55,015 nucleotides of DNA from Candidatus Saccharimonadales bacterium. GTDB taxonomy: Bacteria; Patescibacteriota; Saccharimonadia; Saccharimonadales; JBBQAJ01. Location: NCBI GenBank assembly GCA_038206875.1, contig JBBRAK010000008.1, forward strand, positions 1-55,015, in the 5' to 3' direction. Made by a program: the position numbers and the translations under genes. This document shows, in pieces, positions 38,833 to 48,367 of the stretch. The notes beneath the pieces are model-generated. The model did no database searches and was not told the origin of the DNA. It saw only the letters and a program-made list of their open reading frames with translations. Within the stretch, counting starts at the first letter, position 1, and each line of letters starts with the position of its first letter.

Positions 38833-39843
38833 TTAGATTTTTTCGGGTTTGTACCACTCGGGGGCTTTTTTGAGAAGCTCGCTTATTTCGTGTTCTGTTA
38901 AAAGTCCTTCTTGAGCACCAGTGTGCTGAACTACGTTCATAGAATTGATTGGAGCCCATTGCAGTGCACCTTCTATAGTGTTGCCCTGTATGAGTGCAGC
39001 TACAAACGTACTAGCAAAAGCATCGCCAGCACCAGTTCGCTCAAATGGTGGGGCAGGATCAGGATACGGTGGCATTTTGAACTTGTTTGTGCCGTCAGAA
39101 GCATAAGCTCCAGCTGGTCCATCTGTAATACAAACAACCTTCGGTCCAAAACCATGTAGCGAATCTAATAAACCCTTGACATCATCCAGATTTCCACCAG
39201 AAACTGTCACGGCTTCTTCGCGGTTTAGTACTAGAACTTCTGTGCGAGCATATAACCTTTTGAGCTTCTCCACTCCAGCTTCTAACTGGTAGGTGCCCGG
39301 CTGAAATGCCAGTTTTACTTCTGGATTTTCCTCTAACCAATCTTCTACAAAACCGTGGTATTTTTCTAAACTATTTTTACTTATAGAACTGAAATATACC
39401 CACTCTGGGATATCCGGGTCACGAAACCTGGGCCAATGATAGTCGTATTCTTCGTGTTTGATGAGAATTGTACGTTCTTCTTTGTACCAAAGCACATAGT
39501 GATAATTAGTGGCTTTGTTGGGGTTCACTATAACCATGCGGCTATCAACGTTTTTGTCATGCAGTGCCTTTAGGATGTCCCTGCCATGACTGTCGCCTCC
39601 GACGTTTGATATTAGACCACTTTTGATGCCAAATTTGGCAAAACTTACTGCGGCGTTGGCGGCGTTTCCAACTGCTTCGATTACTTGCGCGTGATCAAAA
39701 GGCACTTTGGTCCCAAATGGCATTGCTAAGTATTTGACGCCGTCTTTTTCGAAAGTGTGCGCACGGTCATCCAGCAGCTTTATAAAAGCATCGGTAACCA
39801 CATCTCCAATTGCCAGAACTTCGATTTCGTTCAATTTTTCCAC
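38833..39843 (-). CDS. PfkB family carbohydrate kinase
   Basis: GNAANAA, VGGD..G, NREEA, ITDGPAGA, RTGAGDAF. Confidence 0.92.
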   Translation of the reverse strand: MEKLNEIEVLAIGDVVTDAFIKLLDDRAHTFEKDGVKYLAMPFGTKVPFDHAQVIEAVGNAANAAVSFAKFGIKSGLISNVGGDSHGRDILKALHDKNVDSRMVIVNPNKATNYHYVLWYKEERTILIKHEEYDYHWPRFRDPDIPEWVYFSSISKNSLEKYHGFVEDWLEENPEVKLAFQPGTYQLEAGVEKLKRLYARTEVLVLNREEAVTVSGGNLDDVKGLLDSLHGFGPKVVCITDGPAGAYASDGTNKFKMPPYPDPAPPFERTGAGDAFASTFVAALIQGNTIEGALQWAPINSMNVVQHTGAQEGLLTEHEISELLKKAPEWYKPEKI

Positions 39844-39894
39844 CCTGTTATTTTATTCCAATGCTTATTTTAGCATATGCATTATTTTAATTGA

Positions 39895-40863
39895 CTAGTT
39901 AAAAGCCTCTTCATCTATCGGTTTTTTGACTCCAAACGTACTTACTGTGTCGCTCCCTCGTGCTTTGCCTGTAGCGTCGAACATATCAATTTTGTCTTCT
40001 ACCACCGCTTGTACTGCGTCGATAACCTGGTCCATGAGTTTTACTACGGCATACTCTGATTTATTTTCTGCTAAAACCTCTTCCAAAGTATCACGAAAGG
40101 CTATTCGTAGGTCCGTGTTAATATTGACCTTGCTAACCCCGACTTTGGTTGCAGATTTGAAATAATGCCCAGGTGTTCCACTGCCTCCATGGAGGCTGAT
40201 GTTGCAAATCAAGGCATCTCTGATGTTCGCCAATAGCTCCAAGTCTAACTTTTTTGGAACCGCGAATTTACCGTGGAGGTTTCCCACCGCGGCAGCAAAA
40301 GTATCTATACCAGTTGCATCTACAAAAGCTTTTGCGCCACCAGGCGTACTAAAAGTTTTTTTGATTTCTTCATAATCGATTGCTTCTTTGTGAAGATTAC
40401 TGCCACCGCCAAAATAGTGCGGTTCACTTTCTACTGATGCTCCGGTGAGGCGAGCATATTCTACTACCTGTTTGGTTTCGACAATTATTTCTTCTAAACT
40501 AGCGTTTTTTCTGGCTTGGCTTATGTCAATGTGTATAAACTCAAAACCTGCTTCTATACCGGCTATCGCCCCGGCAACAGTTGGGCTATGATCTAGGTTT
40601 ATATATATTTCTACACCGTAATCGGCTATGTAGTTGTCTACCATATTCCTAATGTTATCTAGACCCAGGGCATCTACTTCGCCTTGACTTGCCTGGACTA
40701 TCACTGGGGCATTTTTTTTGGCAGCAGCCCTAACTATTGCTATCAGTGTCTCTTGGTTGTCAATGTTAAAGGCACCCAAGGCAAAATGCTCGGTGCGCGC
40801 TCTGTTCATAGCATCGCGGGCGCGCAGTGAATTCAATCTCATTTGATCAAGTGTTAATGCCAT
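39895..40863 (-). CDS. fba: Class II fructose-bisphosphate aldolase
   Basis: GAFN, NLDH, AVGNLHG, SLHGGSG, KVNINT. Confidence 0.92.
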   Translation of the reverse strand: MALTLDQMRLNSLRARDAMNRARTEHFALGAFNIDNQETLIAIVRAAAKKNAPVIVQASQGEVDALGLDNIRNMVDNYIADYGVEIYINLDHSPTVAGAIAGIEAGFEFIHIDISQARKNASLEEIIVETKQVVEYARLTGASVESEPHYFGGGSNLHKEAIDYEEIKKTFSTPGGAKAFVDATGIDTFAAAVGNLHGKFAVPKKLDLELLANIRDALICNISLHGGSGTPGHYFKSATKVGVSKVNINTDLRIAFRDTLEEVLAENKSEYAVVKLMDQVIDAVQAVVEDKIDMFDATGKARGSDTVSTFGVKKPIDEEAFN

Positions 40864-40927
40864 ATTAGCTAGTATTGTAACCTGTTATGCTTTGTTCGAG
40901 CAAATCACGACGATATTTTTTCGCACG

Positions 40928-41926
40928 TTATTTGGATTTGTGATAGACGGGTTTTTTGTCTGCAACTTCGTGCGCAGCCATCATGATGTGTTTTGACGTA
41001 AGCCCAAAATGCTTTAGTAGGTCTTCTGGGTCACCAGACTCTCCAAAACGATCTTTGACACCAACACGGCGCATTGGAACGGGGCACTCCTCTCCCAATA
41101 GTTCTGCGATTGCACCACCTAAACCACCATTAATCTGGCCTTCTTCAACAGTTACAACTGCCTTCGTTTTGCGGACGCTCTCTAAAATAGTTTCAGTATC
41201 TAACGGTTTTATGGTTGGACAATGTATAACTTCTACGTCTAGTCCGGTTTTGAATAACCGTTCGGCGGCTACCAGTGCTTGATAGGTCATAGTTCCTGTT
41301 GAAATAATTGTTACGTCTGTTCCCGGTGCAAATATATATGCCTTGCCGATTTCAAAAGGTGTTTTCTCTGTCGTTATGACTGGAATTGGCTCTCGGGCAA
41401 GTCTCATGTAGTTTGGTCGTGAATCTTCAGCCATAGCAATGGTCATTTTTTCCGCTTCTACGGCGTCTGCGGGAGCCAGGACGACCATATTTGGCAAAGC
41501 ACGCATGAGGGCAATGTCTTCTAGCATTTGGTGCGTGGCACCATCTTTGCCAGTGTAGAGCCCGGCGTGTGAACCGATAACCTTTACTGGTCGATCATTT
41601 AGACATATGGTTGTTCGGATTTGTTCCCAGTTACGGCCCGGACTAAAAGCTGCGTAACTGCTAACGAATGGTATTTTGCCCATCGCCGCTAAACCAGACC
41701 CAACAGTCACCAGATTTTGTTCCGCTACACCAACCTGCACAAACCTGTCTGGGAAAGCATCTCTAAAAAGTCCGATTTGAGTTGAATCCGTAAGATCTGC
41801 ACAAGCAGCTACCACGTTTTCGTTGCGCCTACCCGCCTCCAACAAGCCCCTCCCGAATCCCTTCCGATTTGCCTCTAGGACAATATCCTTACTCAGTACG
41901 TCTTTCACCAAATGCAAATCCGTCAT
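40928..41926 (-). CDS. Transketolase C-terminal subunit
   Basis: GVAEQN, DGATHQ, IKPLD, EE...GGLG. Start moved to ATG 41926 after GGAGG. Confidence 0.93.
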   Translation of the reverse strand: MTDLHLVKDVLSKDIVLEANRKGFGRGLLEAGRRNENVVAACADLTDSTQIGLFRDAFPDRFVQVGVAEQNLVTVGSGLAAMGKIPFVSSYAAFSPGRNWEQIRTTICLNDRPVKVIGSHAGLYTGKDGATHQMLEDIALMRALPNMVVLAPADAVEAEKMTIAMAEDSRPNYMRLAREPIPVITTEKTPFEIGKAYIFAPGTDVTIISTGTMTYQALVAAERLFKTGLDVEVIHCPTIKPLDTETILESVRKTKAVVTVEEGQINGGLGGAIAELLGEECPVPMRRVGVKDRFGESGDPEDLLKHFGLTSKHIMMAAHEVADKKPVYHKSK

Positions 41927-41945
41927 TTCTCCTCCCCAAAAACTA

Positions 41946-42043
41946 GCGAATACTTGGAACAAAAGGTAGTTTTGCCAAGGGCAGTGCGTAATAATCCTTG
42001 CTTGTCCGCACGGAACGCTACATTTCGGTTCAAGTATGAGCGC
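41946..42043 (+). repeat. Long palindromic element (tandem-GA type) between the transketolase subunit genes
   Basis: GCGAATACTTGGA...TTCAAGTATGAGC outer stem with inner stems; ends shared with 44051-44162. Confidence 0.65.
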
Positions 42044-42901
42044 CTACTCATGTTCGCCTCGAATCTTCCCCCCGAGTGTACGAAGCTCATGAAGTGCCTT
42101 TACTGCCTGTTCGTGGTTCGGTTGGGTTCCGTGCCAATGAAAGTCATACTCCATAAAATCTACACCTTTGCCAGGTATCGTATGCGCAACAATCATAGTC
42201 GGCTTTTCTACTATGGCTCTTCCCATGGCGAAAGCATCGATAATTGCGTCCATGTTATTTCCGTCAATTTCCAACACGTGCCAGCCAAACGCTTCCCACT
42301 TGTCTTTGAAATCTTCCAACGGCATGACCGATTCGGTAGGACCATCAATCTGAATATTGTTTCTGTCTGTAATCGCGATGATATTGCTTAGTTTGTATTT
42401 ACTGCCCAGCATTGCAGCTTCCCATACATTTCCTTCGTCTTGTTCGCCGTCACCCATAACTACATATATCCAGCGGTGAGAAGTTTTATTCATACGCATA
42501 GCGAGAGCCATACCACATGCCTGGCTTAACCCACATCCAAGAGGTCCGCTAGTGTTTTCTAGCCCCGGTAATTTTGTTCTCTCCGGGTGTCCCTGAAGTC
42601 GAGTGCCAAAGGCTCTCAGCGTCATGAGCTCCTTAGTGTCAAAATATCCAGCATGCGCCATAGTTGCGTATTGGACAGGTACACAGTGACCATTGCTTAG
42701 TAGTAGTATGTCGCGTTCATCCCAGTCAGGATTTTTTGGGTCATGTTTCATAATGTCAAAATACAAAGCTGTAAAAATGTCTGCAAGTCCCATTGGCCCA
42801 GCACTGTGCCCACTTTTCGCATGCTCTAACATCTTAATTATGTCTACGCGTATGGCATTTGCTTTAAGTTCTAGCTCTTCGATCGTGAATTTTTTTGACA
42901 T
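42044..42901 (-). CDS. Transketolase N-terminal subunit
   Basis: SGH, LSNGH, LQGHP, SGPLG, GDGE..EG..WEA TPP motif, HTIPGKG. Confidence 0.93.
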   Translation of the reverse strand: MSKKFTIEELELKANAIRVDIIKMLEHAKSGHSAGPMGLADIFTALYFDIMKHDPKNPDWDERDILLLSNGHCVPVQYATMAHAGYFDTKELMTLRAFGTRLQGHPERTKLPGLENTSGPLGCGLSQACGMALAMRMNKTSHRWIYVVMGDGEQDEGNVWEAAMLGSKYKLSNIIAITDRNNIQIDGPTESVMPLEDFKDKWEAFGWHVLEIDGNNMDAIIDAFAMGRAIVEKPTMIVAHTIPGKGVDFMEYDFHWHGTQPNHEQAVKALHELRTLGGKIRGEHE

Positions 42902-42905
42902 AAAC

Positions 42906-43538
42906 CTACTTTGATATTACTGATAACAGTTTATCATAAGCGGTTTTAGGGTCTTCGGATTTTTGTATAAAACCACCGACGTTCAAAACGTCTACACCAC
43001 CCTCTACTAACTGTTTTGCATTTTGGTCACTTATTCCACCATCCCAGGCGATTTGTACACCCGGATGATGCTCGGCAGTTTTTTGTACTTTGCCCAAAAG
43101 ACCTAAGTCTGTCTTGCCACCGTGATAACCTAAATTTCCACTAAAAATCAAAACCTGGTCAAAGCTATGCATTATTTGATAGGCAGTTTCAATTGGAGTG
43201 TCTTGCAAAACCGCCAATCCGACCTTAATCCCAGACTTGTGAAGTTCTGCCGCAAAATGCATGTGATGAACTTCTGCTTCTTTATGAATAATCACCATAC
43301 GAGGGTTCATTTTGATTAATTGCTGAATGCACTCCATGGGCTTTTGGTACATCAAGTGTATATCCGCTTGGATGTGATGCGGCCACCATATCTCGCTAAG
43401 TTCTGGTGATTTGGATGGGGCAAATTCTCCGTCCATCAAATCTATATGAACTGTATTTGTAAATGGTGCAATTCGCTCCATCTGAGCGCGGTATTCGTGT
43501 GTATCAAAAGCCGTAACGGTTGGACAAATCACCGCCAT
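42906..43538 (-). CDS. rpe: Ribulose-phosphate 3-epimerase
   Basis: HIDLMDG, DIHLM, WDGGI; TGATG overlap with rpiB. Confidence 0.9.
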   Translation of the reverse strand: MAVICPTVTAFDTHEYRAQMERIAPFTNTVHIDLMDGEFAPSKSPELSEIWWPHHIQADIHLMYQKPMECIQQLIKMNPRMVIIHKEAEVHHMHFAAELHKSGIKVGLAVLQDTPIETAYQIMHSFDQVLIFSGNLGYHGGKTDLGLLGKVQKTAEHHPGVQIAWDGGISDQNAKQLVEGGVDVLNVGGFIQKSEDPKTAYDKLLSVISK

Positions 43539-44032
43539 CAATTTTGCTCGTCGATTTTTTTGATCCTTCGCGCATGTCGCTCAAGCCCTTCGAATGTAGT
43601 TTCCAACCATAAAGTAACTGCATTTTCTATGTCTGTATTGTCTAAAAATCTCGCTGCTAAGCTTAGCATGTTGGCATTATTGTGGTCTTTTGACAAACGC
43701 AAAATTTCAAATTCGTCCTGAGCGGTATCGCCCTCTGCATTGATACTTCTTTTTGCAATTGCTGGGCCGTAATATACAGCGCACCTTACACCTTTTACCC
43801 TGTTTGCGACCATTGCTTCTCCTTGACCACTTCCTCCCCACAAAATTCCTACTTCACACTCTCCATTTGCAACGGCTTTTGCCGCCGGAAATATAAAGTC
43901 TGGATAATCATCAGACATGTCTAAAGTTTTCGGCCCGTAATTTACACATAGGTGCCCTTTTGATGTCAAAAACTTCTCTAGTGATTTAATCTCATCAAAC
44001 CCAGCATGGTCCGTACTCAGTGCTATCTTCAT
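43538..44032 (-). CDS. rpiB: Ribose-5-phosphate isomerase B family protein
   Basis: DHAG, DDYPD, GGSGQG, HNNAN, RHARRI. Confidence 0.88.
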   Translation of the reverse strand: MKIALSTDHAGFDEIKSLEKFLTSKGHLCVNYGPKTLDMSDDYPDFIFPAAKAVANGECEVGILWGGSGQGEAMVANRVKGVRCAVYYGPAIAKRSINAEGDTAQDEFEILRLSKDHNNANMLSLAARFLDNTDIENAVTLWLETTFEGLERHARRIKKIDEQN

Positions 44033-44050
44033 AGTCTAACTCTACCATAA

Positions 44051-44162
44051 GCGAATGTTTTTTAGCGAAAGGTCGTCCAGCGAAATGTCGCCCGAGAAAT
44101 GCCAGATGCAGGCTCGCATTTTCTCGGCGCGAAATGCTAGCTTGAGCAAAAAACGTGAGCGT
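44051..44162 (+). repeat. Long palindromic element (tandem-GA type) downstream of gap
   Basis: GCGAATGTTTTTTAGCGAAAG...CTTGAGCAAAAAACGTGAGC outer stem; inner CCGAGAAATGC/GCATTTTCTCGG stem. Confidence 0.7.
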
Positions 44163-45203
44163 CTAGTCGTGATGTGATGTGTGGTCTACTTTTCCGTGCA
44201 GGGCTTTGCCCAAATCTGCTACAACTTCAACCAAACGATTGCTGTAACCCCACTCATTGTCATACCAGGCGACAACTTTGAGCATGTTTCCACCAACTAC
44301 GGCTGTCAATTTTGTATCAACAATTGCTGAATGACTATTTCCTATAAAGTCACTACTTACTAACTCTTCCTCAGTTACATCTAAAATTCCTTGGTAAAAA
44401 GGCTCGCTTGATGATTTCTTGAATACGTCGTTTACTTCTTCAACAGTGACGTTTTTCTTGGTTATAATCACAAAATCACTCAGAGAAACAACTGGAGTGG
44501 GAACTCTTATACTCAAACCACCAAATATTCCCTGCAAGGCGGGAAGTGCTTGTCCGGCAGCAATCGATGCACCGGTAGTAGTCGGTACGATGTTTTCGGC
44601 AGCACTCCTCGCTTCGCGTAAATCTTTGGCTGGTGCGTCCTGAAGTTTTTGACTAGCGGTGTAGCTATGGATTGTAGTCATCATGGCTTTTTCTATTCCA
44701 AAATGGCTTTCTATTATCGCTGCAACCGGTGTTATGCAGTTGGTAGTACATGATGCATTACTTACGATATCTTCTGCATCGTCCAGGGCGTTTTCGTTAA
44801 CACCTAGAACGATTGTGGTGGCACCTTCGCCTTTGGCTGGGGCGCTAATAACCACTTTGTGTGCTCCTGCATCGATATGCGCGCGAGCTTTGGCAGGGTC
44901 CACAAAAAACCCAGTTGATTCAATCACTACATCCACTTTGAGCTCTTTCCAGGGCAGAGCTGATGGTTCTTTTTCTGCAAGAACCTTGATATGTTTACCA
45001 TCCACGATTATGTTTGTCTTGTCGGAGCTGACATCATGTTGGTAGGCGCCGTAGTTACTGTCGTGTTTTAGCAGATGAGCAAGGGTCTTTGTATCTGTCA
45101 AATCGTTGATAGCAACAATTTCACAGTCAGTCCTGTCGAACGCAACCTTGAAAGCATTTCTGCCAATACGCCCAAATCCGTTTATCGCTATACGCGTTTT
45201 CAT
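44163..45203 (-). CDS. gap: Type I glyceraldehyde-3-phosphate dehydrogenase
   Basis: INGFGRIGR, SNASCTTNC, WYDNEWGY. Confidence 0.98.
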   Translation of the reverse strand: MKTRIAINGFGRIGRNAFKVAFDRTDCEIVAINDLTDTKTLAHLLKHDSNYGAYQHDVSSDKTNIIVDGKHIKVLAEKEPSALPWKELKVDVVIESTGFFVDPAKARAHIDAGAHKVVISAPAKGEGATTIVLGVNENALDDAEDIVSNASCTTNCITPVAAIIESHFGIEKAMMTTIHSYTASQKLQDAPAKDLREARSAAENIVPTTTGASIAAGQALPALQGIFGGLSIRVPTPVVSLSDFVIITKKNVTVEEVNDVFKKSSSEPFYQGILDVTEEELVSSDFIGNSHSAIVDTKLTAVVGGNMLKVVAWYDNEWGYSNRLVEVVADLGKALHGKVDHTSHHD

Positions 45204-45275
45204 AGATTATTACCACCCTTTTTAAGCTTTAGCATTTAACACCATTGTACGGTGCAATTTACCCAAGTGCAATAT

Positions 45276-45866
45276 TTATCTGTCTACTTCTATGCCTTGA
45301 AATTTTTGCAAAGATGTAAGTTCTCTGAGACTGTTCACGTTTTCAAATATTTCTTTGCTCTCGGCTAGATATCCGGACTTCGTAATACTTAGGTTTTTTA
45401 CTGTGTCAAAATCAAGCAATTCTAATGTTATTTTCTCTCCGGCATCGGGTTTTGCTGGTCTTACTTTTTTACCAGCCTGGGCTATATAAAGATATATAAA
45501 CCACTCCAACTTTGTATGCGGTTGCCAAACTCTAACCAATTTCCAATCTTCAAACTCGTATCCTGTTTCTTCTAACATTTCTCTTTTTGCAGCATGTAAA
45601 ATAGTTTCGTCGTCTTCGTCAACTCTTCCGCCAGGGAAACTTACTCTCGACCCAACGTGTGGTTGATCGTCGTCAATTACCAAAATCTTGTCGTCACATA
45701 TTCCTATAACCGTAACTGTGTCGGGCCTTCTAATCATTTCCCAGGTAGAAATAGAACTATCGAACCTAGAAAGTTGCCAATGATAAACATCGAAAATAAC
45801 ACCATCAAAAACTTTTTTTGCGTTATCAGGAATCAATACTGCATCTTTTGGGATGACTTTTTTCAT
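45276..45866 (-). CDS. NUDIX hydrolase (ADP-ribose pyrophosphatase-like)
   Basis: PGGRVD...AAKREMLEETG. Confidence 0.88.
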   Translation of the reverse strand: MKKVIPKDAVLIPDNAKKVFDGVIFDVYHWQLSRFDSSISTWEMIRRPDTVTVIGICDDKILVIDDDQPHVGSRVSFPGGRVDEDDETILHAAKREMLEETGYEFEDWKLVRVWQPHTKLEWFIYLYIAQAGKKVRPAKPDAGEKITLELLDFDTVKNLSITKSGYLAESKEIFENVNSLRELTSLQKFQGIEVDR

Positions 45867-46400
45867 CTATGCGTCTGTTTTGTAACGGGCTATGCACTCT
45901 GTGATGATTTTTTTGGCATCTTCGGCATTTCCCCAACCTAGGACTTTTGTTGAACCAGGTTTTTTGAGGTCTTTGTAGTGATTGAAATGATGTTCAATTT
46001 TCTGTTTCCACTGTTCATGCAAATCATCTAGAGAATTCAAAGCATCGCCCGTGTTTCTGTCATCGGATGGAACAACTACAATTTTGTGGTCCATTTCGCC
46101 GTCGTCTTCAAAGTTCAATACTCCCAGTACCTTGCCTTTAAGATACACGCCAGTTGGAATTGGGTCATTTGTAAGTACCAGTGTGTCTAGCTCATCACCG
46201 TCTTCGTCTAATGTTTGCGGAATAAATCCATAGTTGCATGGTTTAGCAAAAATACTTGGCTCGACGCGGTCAAGCTCAAAAATTGCAAGTTTTCGGTTCC
46301 ATTCAATCTTTAGCGTGGACCATTTTGGAATCTCGATTACTGTGTTTATTTCACCACCAGCAACATCTCCGGCGTCTAAAATTTTGTTAAAATCAGCCAA
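45867..46400 (-). CDS. ppa: Family I inorganic pyrophosphatase
   Basis: EIP, NYGFIPQT, DGDELD, D.GE.D.K, FNHYKDL; TTG start at 46400 after GGAGA. Confidence 0.93.
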   Translation of the reverse strand: MADFNKILDAGDVAGGEINTVIEIPKWSTLKIEWNRKLAIFELDRVEPSIFAKPCNYGFIPQTLDEDGDELDTLVLTNDPIPTGVYLKGKVLGVLNFEDDGEMDHKIVVVPSDDRNTGDALNSLDDLHEQWKQKIEHHFNHYKDLKKPGSTKVLGWGNAEDAKKIITECIARYKTDA

Positions 46401-46445
46401 TTTATTGTCTCCGTTTACTTCTTTGATATTGTACACTATATACGC

Positions 46446-47150
46446 ATGAAAATAATTGGACACCGTGGTGCAGCCGGTCTAGCACTCGAAAATACTATTG
46501 AAAGTGTAAAAGCTGCTGTCTCCGCTGGCGTAGACGCAATTGAAATAGACATTAGAGCAACCAAGGACAATAAACTTGTGTTGTGCCACGACAAAAATAC
46601 CAGCTCCATAAGCAAAGAAGCTTACAATATAAACGAATCCTCACTTTCAAAACTCCAGAAAATTAAACTCAACAACGGTCAAAACTTAATAACGCTTGAT
46701 CAAGCAATATTTTCCGCCCCCAAAACTCCATTTGTTATCGAAGGAAAAGATAGCCATTGGGCAAGACCACTAGCAAAAACGCTCAAAAATCACAAAAACC
46801 TTACAGACTATTACGTTATATCATTCAACCACCAAGAATTATATACTTTCAGTCGACTTGTTCCTGAAATCCCAGTCTGTGCCTCTGAAAATACCAACCC
46901 ATTTGAAGTAATCCGAACTGCACGGCTTCTGGGCTGTAATGGAGTTGTCATAAATTTTTGGCTTTTAAATCCTCTGACATATTTTTTGGCCCGAATCCAT
47001 AAACTAGACATAATTGTTTACACGGTAAACAAGAAGTGGATTGCCAGATTTATTGGAGTCCTATATCCGAATATAAGCATTATTACAGACGTTCCTAGCC
47101 AGTTCCAGTTTTTGCGCAAAAAAAGTCGTAGTCGTAAAAATGAAAGTTAA
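46446..47150 (+). CDS. Glycerophosphodiester phosphodiesterase
   Basis: IGHRG, ENT, EID...TKD, CHD, ISFN, YTVN, IITD. Confidence 0.9.
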   Translation: MKIIGHRGAAGLALENTIESVKAAVSAGVDAIEIDIRATKDNKLVLCHDKNTSSISKEAYNINESSLSKLQKIKLNNGQNLITLDQAIFSAPKTPFVIEGKDSHWARPLAKTLKNHKNLTDYYVISFNHQELYTFSRLVPEIPVCASENTNPFEVIRTARLLGCNGVVINFWLLNPLTYFLARIHKLDIIVYTVNKKWIARFIGVLYPNISIITDVPSQFQFLRKKSRSRKNES

Positions 47151-47826
47151 ATTTGATCGTCTAGAAAATTCTGCAAAAAATGTTAAAACCTTGTGGTTCA
47201 CACCCGAGAAATCTTTTGATTATACTGCAGGTCAGTTCGTAGAAATTTATCTACCGCACAAAAATGCCGACAATCGTGGGCAAAAACGCTGGTTTACCCT
47301 ATCTTCTTCTCCGAGTGAAAAACAATTAAGCATATCTACACGACAATCAACCGTCCAAATAAGTAGTTTCAAGCAAGAATTGTTTGCGCTCAAAAAAGGC
47401 GACATTATACATATATCCGAACCAATGGGGGACTTTGTCTTACCCAAGGACACCAAAAGGCCGATAGTTTTTGTAGCAGGGGGCATAGGAATAACTCCTA
47501 TGCGCAGTATGATCAAGTGGCTATATGATACGAATGAAAAACGAAATATAATTCTCATATACGGTATGAATAATACTGACGATTATTTATTTGATAGGCT
47601 GTTTGCGCGATATGGTATTCGTCCAAAAGTCGTTACTAAGCATGGCTCCATGGGGCCGATTACAGGACAGCTTGTCGAGAAGCTATCTCATCGTATACCC
47701 GAACAGTTGATATATATCTCAGGGCCGGAACCATTTACGGAAAAATTAGAGAAAGAACTGTTGGACTCTGGGGTCCCCAAAGAAAACTTAGTTCTGGATT
47801 TTTTTCCAGGTTATCAGTTAGATTAA
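47140..47826 (+). CDS. FAD/NAD(P)-binding ferredoxin reductase-like oxidoreductase
   Basis: YTAGQF, RWFTLSSSP, PMGDF, AGGIGITP, YISGP. Confidence 0.88.
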   Translation: MKVKFDRLENSAKNVKTLWFTPEKSFDYTAGQFVEIYLPHKNADNRGQKRWFTLSSSPSEKQLSISTRQSTVQISSFKQELFALKKGDIIHISEPMGDFVLPKDTKRPIVFVAGGIGITPMRSMIKWLYDTNEKRNIILIYGMNNTDDYLFDRLFARYGIRPKVVTKHGSMGPITGQLVEKLSHRIPEQLIYISGPEPFTEKLEKELLDSGVPKENLVLDFFPGYQLD

Positions 47827-48263
47827 TCATTTTGTTCAGAAAGTTGTTCTATGGTTCTAACGTAGGCATGTAACCTATCTTCGGGGATTGTTTTTGTGTA
47901 TCGTCGCAAAGCTTTGGCAAGTGTCGAATCTATCTTGGCCAATATGCGTCGACCTTTGAGAGTAATTGTTACTTGCTTGCCTCGATGATCTTGGGCCAAA
48001 GTTTGCTGTTTTGCATATTTCAGCCGAAGCAATCCCGCAACAAGAACGGTAACCTGAGGCAAAGTCACATCTAAATGCTTTGAAATCTCTGTCATACTCA
48101 GACCTTTTTTGGAACCAGATGATATGACTCCTAGAGTAAGCCATTCCATCATGGTTAATCGTTGTGACTCAATCTGCCTAGAGACTACCGCCCTCATTGC
48201 TCTTTCAGCTCGCACCTGCATAAGCAGTAGTTCGTGCATTTTTGGAAACACAAATTTATCCAT
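47823..48263 (-). CDS. MarR family transcriptional regulator
   Basis: Winged-HTH pattern LT..EW..L, MTEISKHL.VT...V, D.R...VTIT.KG. Confidence 0.8.
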   Translation of the reverse strand: MDKFVFPKMHELLLMQVRAERAMRAVVSRQIESQRLTMMEWLTLGVISSGSKKGLSMTEISKHLDVTLPQVTVLVAGLLRLKYAKQQTLAQDHRGKQVTITLKGRRILAKIDSTLAKALRRYTKTIPEDRLHAYVRTIEQLSEQND

Positions 48264-48272
48264 TACATCTAG

Positions 48273-48300
48273 CTTTACAAATAAACTTCAGGTTGTAAAG
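48273..48300. promoter_or_regulatory. Candidate MarR operator
   Basis: Perfect IR CTTTACAA-N12-TTGTAAAG, 9 nt upstream of the marR ATG. Confidence 0.5.
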
Positions 48301-48367
48301 TATTTTGTAGGACTGTCGTACATCATCGTAGCAACAGACCACAGATAGCTGGCTACAAACTGCCTAT

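Noticed and set aside
40891-40904. TTTGTTCGAGCAAA palindrome upstream of fba
   Set aside because: Short, single occurrence, and matches no operator I can support
45252-45273. GTGCAAT direct repeat upstream of gap
   Set aside because: Only 7 bp twice; plausible by chance
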